Below, in pieces: positions 34,755 to 45,500 of a stretch of DNA of 64,000 bases. Under the pieces are notes generated by a model. The model saw only the letters and a program-made list of their open reading frames with translations. It had not been told where the DNA came from and did not search any database. Location: assembly GCA_965220715.1 (NCBI GenBank), contig CBDCQZ010000002.1:9332-73331 (forward strand), written 5' to 3'. Position 1 is the first letter of the stretch. Every line of letters starts with the position of its first letter. This stretch comes from Caldilineaceae bacterium (GTDB lineage: Bacteria > Chloroflexota > Anaerolineae > Caldilineales > Caldilineaceae). Position numbers and translations under genes: made by a program.

Positions 34755-37700
34755 ATGCCGTTACCGGGCGGAGCAGCTGAGAAGTTTGGCAACCGATACG
34801 AAGGACGTTGGACTGTGGCGTGCCTGCTGGATGTCATGGCCGAAAAGGCTGACTCGATACGGCTGGAACCGCCCGAACCCGAAGGACAAGGGTTTGAGTT
34901 CTGGACCACGAAACAGGGTATCCAGGAATATCACCAAGTAAAGCGACAACATTCCATCGGGCATTGGACACTCAACGCTCTGAAAAGAGAGGGAGTTCTG
35001 ACCAACTTCACCGCAAAACTCCAAGAAGACCCAATGGTGCGTTGCGTATTCGTCTCTGCCATCTCGGCAGGCCAGTTAGCCGAACTATCTGATAGAGCCA
35101 GAAGGTCGGCTAACTGGGAGGAATTCAACGCAGCATTCATTAACACCGACCAAATGAGGACGAACTTCGATCTTGTTCGTGATTCCCACCCAAGTTTGCC
35201 AAAGCAGGAGACATACGAACAATTAAAGCGCGTCCACATCAGAACGATCGACGAGCCCTACCTCCTCACTATGATCGAAAGCCGCGCATCAACCCTGGTC
35301 GAAGGAGATGACGCAACCGTTGTAGACGTTCTGGCTGCGATGGCTTCAGATGGAGTCCACTATGAACTCACAACTCATGATATCTGGAACCATTTGAAGT
35401 CCAGAGGATTTCGTCGCCGCCACTGGGACAAAGACCCTCATGTCCTGAAGGCCGTTGATGAGGCCAACCAGCGCTACGTTAACTTTCTACGCTATCAAGC
35501 CATCGGCCATACTGTCCTCCCACGCCAAGAGGTTCAAACAGTTCATGATCGCCTGAAAGAATCCAGCGGGAAAACCGGCGTTCTGGTAACCGGAGAGGCG
35601 GGCATCGGCAAGAGTGTGGTGATGCTCCAGGTGGTTGAGGAACTCCTCGACGCTGGCACTCCAGTCGTGGCGTTGCGCGCCGACCGATTGGAGTTTACCC
35701 TGTTGCCAAATGACGTTGGCGAGCAGATTGGACTACCCGGCTCTCCAGCCAACGTCCTTGCCAACGTAGCTCAGGGCAGGCACTGTGTCCTTGTCATAGA
35801 CCAACTGGATGCTTTAAGCATTGCCTCGGGCCGGAATACCGAACTTTTCGACTGCGTCTATGAAATCATCCAGCAAGCGCAAGCCCATCCCAATATGCGT
35901 ATCCTGCTGGCTTGCCGCAAGTTCGATCTTGACAACGACCACCGCCTGCGCCGCCTTACGGACTCAGATGGAGTCGCCGAGCCCGTGGCTGTTGAGCGGC
36001 TGGCGCATGAAACCGTACGTGAAGTTGTCGCAAGGTTCGGCTTGGATGCAAACTCGCTTAATTCCAGCCAACTGGACCTGTTGTCGATCCCATTGCATCT
36101 GAAACTGCTGACGGAGTTGGTGGCAGATGCAGAAATCCGTGCCCTGAACTTCGAGACGTCCCAGGATCTTTACGCGCGGTTTTGGCAGTACAACCAAAGA
36201 GTCATCGAAGAGCGGCTTGGGCGGCCGGTGCAATGGACCCGGGTGGTATATGCCCTGTGCGACCATATGCACGCGCGGCAGACTTTGAGCACTCCGGAAG
36301 TCTTCGTGGAGGACTGGAATAGCGACGCCGAGGCGATGGTGTCGGAAAATGTTCTCGTCCTTGAAAACAAGCGGTACTCCTTCTTCCATGAAGGATTTTT
36401 CGATTACGCATTTGCCCGGCGTTTTGCAGGAGGTTCCCAGAGCCTGTTGGGCCTATTGGAAAGCGGTGAACAACATCTGTTCCGGCGCGCGCAGGTGCGG
36501 CAGATATTGCTTTACCTGCGCGATGCAGATTTCAATCGGTACATCGCCGACCTCGAAGAATCCCTCTCCAGTCCTGACGTTCGCTTTCACATCAAGCAGG
36601 TGGTTTTTGCCCTCTTGGCCGATCTGTCGGGACCTGTAAAGGAAGAGTGGGACGTCTTATCCAGTTTTGCTGGGAAAGACTTCAGCGACTCCTTAACACG
36701 CCTTACCTGGATGACAGTGCGCCGTCCTCCCTGGTTCCGGTTGGTGCACTCCCAAGGATTCGTGCAGCAGTGGCTGGATGACCCGGATGAGGCCTTCGTC
36801 GACCAGACTGTTTCGCTCTTGAGGGTAATCCAGAGGGAATTGCCTGACAGGGTGGCGGAACTTGCAGAACCGTACGTCGGTAAGTCAGAACGCTGGAACA
36901 ACCATCTACTCCACTTGGCAGTGTGGGGAGATTGGAGTCAAGAGCGGCGCTTCCTCGAGTTGGTGTTCCAACTGATAGACAAAGGTGTCCTCGACGACAT
37001 AGCAGACAACCGTGACTTATGGAGCAATTTGTATAGCTTGCAATCCACCCACCCTGTGTGGGGCTGTGAGGTAGCCGGACATTACTTCGATCGCCGGCGT
37101 CACCTGAGCCTCAACGCAGGGCAGCCCAACCCCTTTGACGACAACGACGGCGCCATCGCAAACAGCCAATTTGCTGAAAACACGCTGAAAGAACTTGCCA
37201 GCAATGCCCCAGAGTCTTTCGTTCGAGAGGTTATGCCGTTCATGCGAGCAGTCATAGAGGACTGTGCTTCGCAAGAGCGTGGCGGACTCCTCCAAGACCC
37301 AATCTGGTCCTTCAGGATCTTCCAGAGTGGCTACAGTATCCAAGACGCTCTGCTAAATGCTATGGAAGTTGCCTTGTCCAAGCTGGCTATACTGCATACG
37401 GCGATATACCGCTCAGTGATAGAGCCCCTTCGCGAGTCTCCGTTCGAGACAATCCAATACCTGCTGATCCGCAGCCTCGCTTCTAACGGACCGCTATTCG
37501 CGGACGAGGGAGTAGACCATCTCTGCAAAAGACCGGAGCGACTAAAGATAGGTTACACGTCGAACTTATATTGGGCGTCGAGGCAATTGATCGAATCCAT
37601 ATCGCCCCATTGCTCTGACGAAAAACTCAAACAACTGGAGACATTGCTGCTTGGATATTACCCGGACTGGGAAAAGAGTGTCTTGGGTAGAAATCAACAC

Positions 37701-39257
37701 GGGCACGCTCAGTTTACTCTGCTGAGCGGCATCATTGCGACTCGACGTTCAAAAAAAGTTCGCAAACGTCTCGAAGAGCTTCAACGGAAATTTGGACGGC
37801 CGGAACCGGCATCTCCGACGCCAATGAAAGCGCAGAGGGCCCAGCCTCCGATACCTGCGAATGCGACTGAAAAGATGAGCGATGAGCAGTGGCTTTCAGC
37901 TATACGCCAGCACGATACAGATGATCGCGAATTTGTGCAGAATGATCGTTATGTCGGGGGTGCGGTTGAATTATCCCGACTTCTGGAAGACAGGGTAAAG
38001 CACGAACCTAAGCGGTTCGCGGACTTGGTGTTAAGATTTCCGGATCACACCCATCCATCTTACTTCAAATCGGTGTTGCGTGGAATCAATGACACGAATT
38101 TAGAAATAGAGACCATCGTGAGAGTCGTTGAACGATGCCACCGGGTTGAGGGCAGGCCGCTAGGCCGCTATATCTGCGACCTAATCGCCAGTTCAGCCCA
38201 AAGCAACGTCCCGCCCAAGGCGCTTGATCTTGTGGCGTGGTATGCGACTGCGGATCCCGACCCCCAGCGGGAATTGTGGCGAACTCAGGTTTCGCCTGGG
38301 AAAGAGCATTACTATCGCGGGGACATCCTCACCAACGGCATTAACACAAATCGCGGCAGGTCCGCGCAGGCCATTGCGAGATTGATCGAGATCGACCACA
38401 AAAGAATAGCGCACCTTCAGCCTGCATTGGAGAAAATGATCCAAGACCCTTCAATTGCTGTCAGGTCATGCGTAGCCCAAGCATTGTTGGCCGTTTTGCG
38501 TCATAACCGCGACCTGGCAGTCGAGCTGTTCCGACAACTCTGCAATACAGAAGACGCGTTGCTCCAGACACACTTCATAGAGCGGTTCTTGGTTTTTGCT
38601 CTCCAAACCCACTTTCAGGAACTATCGCAAATTCTGGAACGCATGGCCGTTTCCCAAGTGCCTGATGTCGCTTCCGCTGGCGCGCGTCAAGCCTGCCTGG
38701 CCGCTTTGGACCTGCCAGAGGCCGCTGATATAGCGGGGCGCTGCCTGTCCGGGTCAGAAGCCCAAAAGATCGGCGCGGCTCAAGTAATGGCGGCCAACGT
38801 CAGGATAGCTACGTGCCGCGCATTTTGCGAGGATGCACTGATTATGCTGTTCAACGATACCAGCGCCGACGTCCGTGCTGAAGCTGCGAAATGCTTTCCC
38901 AGTTTCGAGGGAACTCAACTTGAGGAATATGTCCATTTAATCACGCAGTTTGTTTCCAGCAATGCCTTCCAGCAGAATAACTACCCCTTACTGATGGCCT
39001 TGGAACAGACCACGGCCAAGCTTCCTGAAGTCACTCTGGCGGCGTGCGAGCGATTTGTAGACATTGCCGGACTTGCGACATCCGACATCAGTACAAGAGC
39101 GGCATGGGACGCAGACACTGTCATAAAATTGACTCTACGCACCTATCAACAGAGTTCAGGCGAAACAACACGAGCCAGAAGTCTTAATCTTATCGACAAG
39201 TTTATGGAGCATGACACCTATGGAATAAACAAAGCGCTAGAGGACTTCGAGCGGTGA
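34755..39257 (+). CDS. 1500-aa nuclease-like N-domain / P-loop NTPase / HEAT-repeat protein (STAND/AVAST-like candidate)
   Basis: The N-terminus (FGNRYEGRW...IRLEPPE...FEFW...YHQVKRQ) resembles a Cap4/DUF4297-type PD-(D/E)xK. Walker A VLVTGEAGIGKSVV. Walker B CVLVIDQLDAL. The C-terminal roughly 900 aa is helical with HEAT-like units (DPSIAVRSCVAQALLAVL, DTSADVRAEAAKCF). Confidence 0.65.
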   Translation: MPLPGGAAEKFGNRYEGRWTVACLLDVMAEKADSIRLEPPEPEGQGFEFWTTKQGIQEYHQVKRQHSIGHWTLNALKREGVLTNFTAKLQEDPMVRCVFVSAISAGQLAELSDRARRSANWEEFNAAFINTDQMRTNFDLVRDSHPSLPKQETYEQLKRVHIRTIDEPYLLTMIESRASTLVEGDDATVVDVLAAMASDGVHYELTTHDIWNHLKSRGFRRRHWDKDPHVLKAVDEANQRYVNFLRYQAIGHTVLPRQEVQTVHDRLKESSGKTGVLVTGEAGIGKSVVMLQVVEELLDAGTPVVALRADRLEFTLLPNDVGEQIGLPGSPANVLANVAQGRHCVLVIDQLDALSIASGRNTELFDCVYEIIQQAQAHPNMRILLACRKFDLDNDHRLRRLTDSDGVAEPVAVERLAHETVREVVARFGLDANSLNSSQLDLLSIPLHLKLLTELVADAEIRALNFETSQDLYARFWQYNQRVIEERLGRPVQWTRVVYALCDHMHARQTLSTPEVFVEDWNSDAEAMVSENVLVLENKRYSFFHEGFFDYAFARRFAGGSQSLLGLLESGEQHLFRRAQVRQILLYLRDADFNRYIADLEESLSSPDVRFHIKQVVFALLADLSGPVKEEWDVLSSFAGKDFSDSLTRLTWMTVRRPPWFRLVHSQGFVQQWLDDPDEAFVDQTVSLLRVIQRELPDRVAELAEPYVGKSERWNNHLLHLAVWGDWSQERRFLELVFQLIDKGVLDDIADNRDLWSNLYSLQSTHPVWGCEVAGHYFDRRRHLSLNAGQPNPFDDNDGAIANSQFAENTLKELASNAPESFVREVMPFMRAVIEDCASQERGGLLQDPIWSFRIFQSGYSIQDALLNAMEVALSKLAILHTAIYRSVIEPLRESPFETIQYLLIRSLASNGPLFADEGVDHLCKRPERLKIGYTSNLYWASRQLIESISPHCSDEKLKQLETLLLGYYPDWEKSVLGRNQHGHAQFTLLSGIIATRRSKKVRKRLEELQRKFGRPEPASPTPMKAQRAQPPIPANATEKMSDEQWLSAIRQHDTDDREFVQNDRYVGGAVELSRLLEDRVKHEPKRFADLVLRFPDHTHPSYFKSVLRGINDTNLEIETIVRVVERCHRVEGRPLGRYICDLIASSAQSNVPPKALDLVAWYATADPDPQRELWRTQVSPGKEHYYRGDILTNGINTNRGRSAQAIARLIEIDHKRIAHLQPALEKMIQDPSIAVRSCVAQALLAVLRHNRDLAVELFRQLCNTEDALLQTHFIERFLVFALQTHFQELSQILERMAVSQVPDVASAGARQACLAALDLPEAADIAGRCLSGSEAQKIGAAQVMAANVRIATCRAFCEDALIMLFNDTSADVRAEAAKCFPSFEGTQLEEYVHLITQFVSSNAFQQNNYPLLMALEQTTAKLPEVTLAACERFVDIAGLATSDISTRAAWDADTVIKLTLRTYQQSSGETTRARSLNLIDKFMEHDTYGINKALEDFER

Positions 39258-39480
39258 GGACTGAGCAACAAAAAAGGCCCGCGCATATGGCCTTACAGGG
39301 GGAGGACACCGTATCTCAGGTGCGCTTCCCGAACGGAAGTGTTAGAGACCGGAGGAGCCTGTACGGGGAGACTGTAGATGCCTCTATTCAATAGGGGGCC
39401 AAAGATCGAACTGAGAGACATTTCAGGACCTTGGTTCAAAATCCAGGAAGATGCCCCCTCACGAGTTGAGGTGTAAGAAC

Positions 39481-40857
39481 ATGAACAGGCTAAGGCTCTC
39501 CAACCTGATTGCCCTCGGCGAGGGATTCACCACCGAGTTCAAGCGCTCCATGCCATCCGATCTCGGTAGGGAGATATGCGCCTTTGTCAACGCCACCGGC
39601 GGGGCGATTCTGATCGGGGTTGATGACGCCGGCGCCGTGATCGGCGTGAAGGAGCACAACCGGCTGAAATCCCAGGTCCAGAGCGTCGCCCGGTCGGCTG
39701 ACCCGCCCGTAGCCGTGGAAGTGGAGAGCGAAGGAGATGTGCTGTGCGTGACAGTGCCAGAGCAGCGCGGCAAGCCCTACTCCTTCAGAGGGAGATTCTT
39801 CATTCGGGAGGGCGCGACCTGCCAGCAGATGTCCCGCGATGAGATTCGCGACTTCTTCTTCAAGGAGGGGCTCATCCGGCTGGATGAGACGCCCTGCAAC
39901 GCCTTCGACCCTGCCGTCGAGATCACACCCGGCCGTTGGGCCGAGTTTGCGCAGCGCGCTGGTATCGACCCTGGATTGGACTCGATGACGGTGTTGGAGA
40001 ACCTGCACCTGGTCAAGGACACCGGGATGACCCACGCCGGGGCCTGGCTTCTGGCTGACGACATTACCCGTTTCACCCTCCAAGCGGGAGTGACCTGCGC
40101 CGTCTTCCGTGGCAGCGCCAAGACCCACATCCTGGACCGCAAGGAGTTCAAGGGGAATCTCTACGACATCTACCAGGAGGTCATGACCTACTTTCAGGCC
40201 AAGCTGAACTCAGCTCTCATTCCCCACGCCCAGGGAAGAGACGAGCGTTTGGAGCTGCCCGAGAGCGCCCTGCGGGAGGCTGTGGTAAACGCCATCGCCC
40301 ACCGTGACTACCGCAGCACGGCCAACGTGCAGGTTTACATCTTCCAAGACAGGGTTGAGATCGTGACACCGGGGGGACTTCCCGCCGGGATGCGGGAGGA
40401 GGACTTGGGCAGCAGGAGCGTCCCCCGCAACCCCTTGCTCTTCAATATGCTCTACCGCATGAAGTTGGTCGAGCAGATCGGCAGCGGCATCCAGCGAATT
40501 CACGACGCCTGCCTGGAGCACGGCGTTGCCGAACCGACTATTCATGTGTCCCCTGATTGGCTGACGGTGACCTTCCCGCGCCAGGAAAATACAGTTGCCC
40601 CCCATGTAACACCCCATGTGACCCCCCATGTAACACCCCATGTAAAACGACTCATTGCGGCCTTGCGAGGGGAAATGAGCCGGGTGGAACTCATGGACGC
40701 TCTGGGTCTGGCCGCCCGCAAACACTTTGCCGAAACGTACCTGCAACCCGCTCTTAGTGCGGGCCTGGTCGAGATGACGCGCCCGGACAGTCCGCGGAGC
40801 AGGACGCAAAGATACCGGCTGACCGCTCTGGGCAGGCAGGTACGGGATTCCCTGTAG
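39481..40857 (+). CDS. AlbA_2 (Schlafen-like) DNA-binding domain / HATPase_c_4-like / C-terminal wHTH protein
   Basis: LGEGFTTEFKRSMPSDLGREICAFVNATGGAILIGVDDAGAVIGV is the AlbA_2 signature. REAVVNAIAHRDY. C-terminal wHTH-like tail. Confidence 0.7.
   Translation: MNRLRLSNLIALGEGFTTEFKRSMPSDLGREICAFVNATGGAILIGVDDAGAVIGVKEHNRLKSQVQSVARSADPPVAVEVESEGDVLCVTVPEQRGKPYSFRGRFFIREGATCQQMSRDEIRDFFFKEGLIRLDETPCNAFDPAVEITPGRWAEFAQRAGIDPGLDSMTVLENLHLVKDTGMTHAGAWLLADDITRFTLQAGVTCAVFRGSAKTHILDRKEFKGNLYDIYQEVMTYFQAKLNSALIPHAQGRDERLELPESALREAVVNAIAHRDYRSTANVQVYIFQDRVEIVTPGGLPAGMREEDLGSRSVPRNPLLFNMLYRMKLVEQIGSGIQRIHDACLEHGVAEPTIHVSPDWLTVTFPRQENTVAPHVTPHVTPHVTPHVKRLIAALRGEMSRVELMDALGLAARKHFAETYLQPALSAGLVEMTRPDSPRSRTQRYRLTALGRQVRDSL
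40600..40647 (+). repeat. 12-bp tandem coding repeat x4 (CCCCATGTAACA-like, encoding (PHVT)n)
   Basis: Counted directly inside the AlbA_2-family gene. Confidence 0.9.
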
Positions 40858-41325
40858 GATACCTGGGGGCTGGCTTCTATGACTGGGCAACAACCGCGTT
40901 GACAAAAACAAACCGCCCCGCTGAAATCGGGGTGAACGGGACGGTCTGCCATTTCGGAGCAGGCAATCCAGTTCCGGGGTTCCTTCTGCGGTCATGGGGC
41001 AGCCGCAACTGAGAGATGGCGCAAGTGGCACATGGCGGATTCGAGGGGTGATGTTCCCGGGGCAACTGCGGAACGGGGACGGTGGAACATCGACGCGCAA
41101 TGCCGGGGACGATGCGAACGGCGGGACCGATCACAGAAGAGCGTAGGGGCGTGGATAACGTTTGCCACCCGCGGTTCATGACGCTGCCATACGCGGCTGG
41201 CGCGGGAGAATGGAAAGCAGCGGTTCAGTCCGCGCACGACCATCTCCACGCCGGCATCGAACCTGGTGATGTGATAGCAACGCAATCACGATATAATGGC
41301 GTGACATCGTAAATGGAGATCTGTC

Positions 41326-41571
41326 ATGGCCAGCATAACCGTGCGCAACCTTGAAGAAGGGCTGAAGCGCCGGCTGCGTATCCGGGCAGCTGAGAACGGT
41401 CGTTCCATGGAAGAGGAAGCCCGCGCCATCTTGAGAGCGGCGCTCTATCACCAGCCCCCAGCCCAGGCGGACTTGGCGAATGCCATTCGCGCCAGGTTCG
41501 CACCCCTGGGCGGGGTCGAACTGGACATCCCTCCCCGTTCACCCATGCGCAAACCGCCTCGATTCGGCTGA
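41326..41571 (+). CDS. vapB: FitA/VapB-type RHH antitoxin
   Basis: MASITVRNLEEGLKRRLRIRAAENGRSMEEEARAIL. Confidence 0.8.
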   Translation: MASITVRNLEEGLKRRLRIRAAENGRSMEEEARAILRAALYHQPPAQADLANAIRARFAPLGGVELDIPPRSPMRKPPRFG

Positions 41572-41582
41572 ACTGGCTGAGA

Positions 41583-42005
41583 ATGATCCTCCTGGACACC
41601 AACGTCGTCCCATAGCGTATGCGCCCCGATCCCAGTTCCAACGTTGTGGACTGAGTGGCCGGGCAGGTGGCTCCGAACCTGTACCTCTCCACTCTCAGCG
41701 AAGACGAGTTGCTGTACGGCGTTGAGATACTGCCGCCTGGCGGAAGACGAGACAGGCTGCTTGAAGAGGTGGAGGGGATGCTGCGGGAGAATTTTGATGG
41801 ACGCATCCTTGCCTTTGACAGTGCCGCAGCCCAGACCTACGCCGTGATAGCCGCCGCTCGCCGCGCCGCCGGGCGTCCCATCAACCATGCCGGCTGCCAG
41901 ATAGCAGCCATAGCCCGTTGTCGCGGCGCGTCGGTTGCGACAAGAGATGTGGACGACTTTGCGGGGATCGGGATTGAAGTGATCAATCCCTGGACAACTG
42001 GATGA
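41583..42005 (+). pseudogene. vapC: FitB/VapC PIN toxin inactivated by two in-frame nonsense codons
   Basis: MILLDTNVVP-TAG(41613)-RMRPDPSSNVVD-TGA(41652)-VAGQ... all lie in one frame. The stops sit where the family has E (GAG) and W (TGG). Confidence 0.8.
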
Positions 42006-42214
42006 GGACAACGAAGCTGACATCGGCGGTTGAGGAATATCTTACCGACCTGCGTCGGATCTAGAGCGTCTGGCGGCGCCACGGGCGAGCGTTCCTACTA
42101 CCCTCCTCTGACCAACCTGCTGAACGCCATTGGAGGCATGCGCAAGACCAAGGTGTTCCGCGCCGGCGAGCAGGGCGCGGGCCATCCTGACCTCGGTCTC
42201 TATGCTGCTCCCAG

Positions 42215-42478
42215 GTCCAGCGTGGATGGCCGCGGCCTCGACAACGTCTTCTGCGGACGCCTATGGCGCAGCCTCAAATACGAGAACATCTATCTCAACC
42301 AGTATGCGACGGTGCGCCAGCTGCCAACTGGCTTAAACGCCTACTTCGACTTCTACAACCATGAGAGACCACATCAAAATCTCAACTATCGCACCCCGAC
42401 AGAAGAGCACTTCGTGCTCTGACCAGAGCCGGCCGCATCCGTCTGGATGCACCTCATTTTCCCTATTTCATGATCTAG
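42215..42478 (+). mobile_element. 3-prime remnant of an IS3-family element (last roughly 68 codons of orfB plus IRR)
   Basis: DNVFCGRLWRSLKYENIYLNQYATVRQLPTGLNAYFDFYNHERPHQNLNYRTPTEEHFVL parallels the intact orfB at 58522-59181. The downstream 55 bp match the reverse complement of 58491-58550. Confidence 0.85.
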
Positions 42479-42516
42479 TCATTGGGGCCAACCATATTCT
42501 ACTGGGTCAAGGCCGG

Positions 42517-45500
42517 TCATGAATTCTGACATAAGCTTTGAAGCTTTTGAAAACGGGAGTCAGTTTCGAGACTAGGACGGCCACTCCGAATAGTGCTCAA
42601 ACATTCCGACAGTCGATCGCTAAGTAACCATGCATCATCACTGCTGAGTTTAAGACTATCCAAGAGCATTAAGGCCTCATCCGGGAATTGTGAGCCCAGA
42701 TTAGCTTCGGCAAGCTCACGAATCACCCTGTTTGCTCTATGTGTTTTATGTGGATCATCGACCGGATGTTGCAACCAAGCTTTCAGTTTGTTGGTTGCTT
42801 CAGGGAACGCATCCCCCGCTCTTATGCACAGAAGGGAAAAGCTCTCTAAAATCCCCGGGATGACAATATCGATTGATCTTGGCCAGATCGAATCCAGATA
42901 TGGAACTATGCGGTTCTTCCAGTACTCGACACGCTGGTTTCCAGCCCCGGAAAGTGTTCTGACTAATGAATTCGCCACGTAACCCAATCCTTCTGAAGGT
43001 AGAACTCGAGTAGCGGACTTCAGTTCACTATTGTTGAACACTTCGCCTTGGTCCAATGCTACGAACGTCAGCAAGGATGCGTAATTCTCCCCGTATCTTC
43101 CGAGTGAAGAGAAGCGCCCCGCGGAATCGAGAAACGACTCTTTGAGAGCTTCCATTAGAGGCCAGTTGAGGCGAGGAGACAACAGAAAGCCTTGCCACAT
43201 GGCCAAAGCTTCAGCTTCGGAGCGCTGCCAATCAAATAAAGGAAGCACGTGTTCAGCAGCCCATCCTTGGTCAACTCGGTAGAGAGCAAGAAGATTGATC
43301 GCCAGAATCACCCTGCCATGACGGAATTTCTCGACTCCAGTATTGCAAAGTTGATCAAGAAATAACTGCAATTCATTCGGTAGGCCCTCGCCGGCTTGTG
43401 GCGAACGGCTGTACCACCACCGCATCAATACTTCGGTCACGCGTCCTATTGGGTGGTTAAGTGCTTGTGTGACTAGGTCCCCATCGCTACGGACCGGGTC
43501 TTGAAACTCCATTTCCAAGAGGCGACCGATAAGACCAAAGAAGCATTCTTCTTGGCCTGCAAATTTACCAGCTTGATCCAACATCCACAGGATAAGTTCG
43601 TGGGAAACGGCCAGGATGAACTCGTCTGGCGCTTTGGCAAGAAATTTCGGCAGGTGACACCAGGAGAGCTTGAGGTTTTCTTCGTCAGTCCAAGCTAGCA
43701 GTGCTCTCGCCCAGCGTTCCTTTAGTTCTTCCCAGTTATCTGCCAAAGTAATCAATGCACTTGCTACCGTCGTAAAGTCTTCCCGGCAACGTTTCTGCCA
43801 GTCATCGACGTGCCAAGCGTCGAAACGTGGGTGCTGCCTAAGCCATTCCACTAACTCATCTTGTCCTTGAGGCGTTGTAATGAAATCGCGTTCATCCTTG
43901 CTGTCACTTATCCAGCTTGCAAATTCATCACTCTGGTCAGCCGCGAGCTTCCATTCCGGATGCCGCCGCGACAACTCGTCTAGTTTGTTCTGGGCTGATC
44001 TCCCGAATACTGCACCGGCTTCCTCGGCTTTTGCAAGCCGTAGCCACACATCTCGATCTGTTAAACGAACCCTTTCATCCTCTTCAATATCGCTGCTATA
44101 CGTTTCACACGGAGGTCCCTTCAGAATAGCCCGTTCAAGTCCTGACATTGCTGCTGCGTCAAGACGTGGAGCCAGCGTTACTATCAGCCGGATTGCCTCA
44201 CGTTCAGTTTCTATCGACCACAGCCATCGGTTCTCGTCATGAAGCAGCCAGCTAACTGCCTGATCGACAGGGATCACATCCTCTTCTGAAGCGGCGAAAA
44301 AAGCCAACCGTTTGAACAAGGGATAAAGTGAATGCACCCAACCTTCGGCAACCGGCCGCGCTCGCGTGGAATCAAACCTAGCCATCTCAATCCAAGCGTC
44401 CCGGGTCAGGTCCACCAAGACGGTCCAGTCAAAGAAACGCTCATTCTGCGGATGTTTGCTTATAGAAGGTTGCTCAACATATGAATTGACCCTTCTATGT
44501 TCGACGCCACTAAGATCACGCTTCAAGTCAAGCGCATCTTGTAACAGCAAGCTAAAATCAGGCAAAAGGTCGGGGAGTACTTTCTTCCATTTCTCATCGC
44601 CCATCAATTCTGATACCGTTGCAGGCAAGTGGCCGGCACTAAGAGTGACTTCCCAGTCGACAAGACTCTCCATACTCTGCGATTCACCTGATTCGCCCTG
44701 TTCAATAGGCGGAAGAATCCGTCTGCGTATCGCTATTCGTGGAGCAAGGATGTCGCGCAACTCTATCCTCAAGGGCAGCGTTAGCCCATCACGCTTGAAA
44801 CAGGCGCTCCATCTGACCAGGGGGAATGTTTCGCCTGCTGATTTCAATCGCCCGCTCAGAATCAACATCCATAAAATTCGCATAAAGGACGTGGGGACCG
44901 CGTTTGGGGCGGCCCCACGAATATTATTGAGTTCCTGATATTCACCGTTGTGCTCCAGTTGAGCAAGGTATTCGAGCCTTGTTTCGATTTTCCTGTGAAA
45001 CCTGCTATGCAAATGCCCTCCTTGCTCTGCTATCCATAAAACTAACTTTGGCTCATTCAGATGACGAATGAGCCAGTCCATTAAATGATTCATGACCCTG
45101 TCTGGGGGCCGAACGCCGAAAAAATCGAGAATAGAGTGCTTAAACCCCTCCTCACTCAAAGGTGTCAGCCAATTGAGGCTAGGAACTGGATCGTTTTCGG
45201 CGAATCGTTTTGCGGGGTTGCCAGATGGGTCGCTGAGAGCCCACAACATCCGACCAACAAAATCATCTTGCTCGGTGCTTACAAGCGGGTCGGCTCCGGC
45301 AAAAGAGACGACAACCTGCTCCTTTCCCTGAACACCATCGCGATACATCTCACTCCAAACGCGCAAAGTCTTATGTAGATAGAAGTGGCGTTTGTGTTCT
45401 CGATATAGAATCGGAGTGATGTTCTTTGCCTTCCATTCATTTTGTTGTTCCAGTTCTTTCCTCTTGGAAAAGCTGCCAAAGGCAAACATTTCAGACGGCG

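Noticed and set aside
40210-41100. 296-aa minus-strand ORF overlapping the AlbA_2-family gene.
   Set aside because: Antisense shadow with low-complexity sequence.
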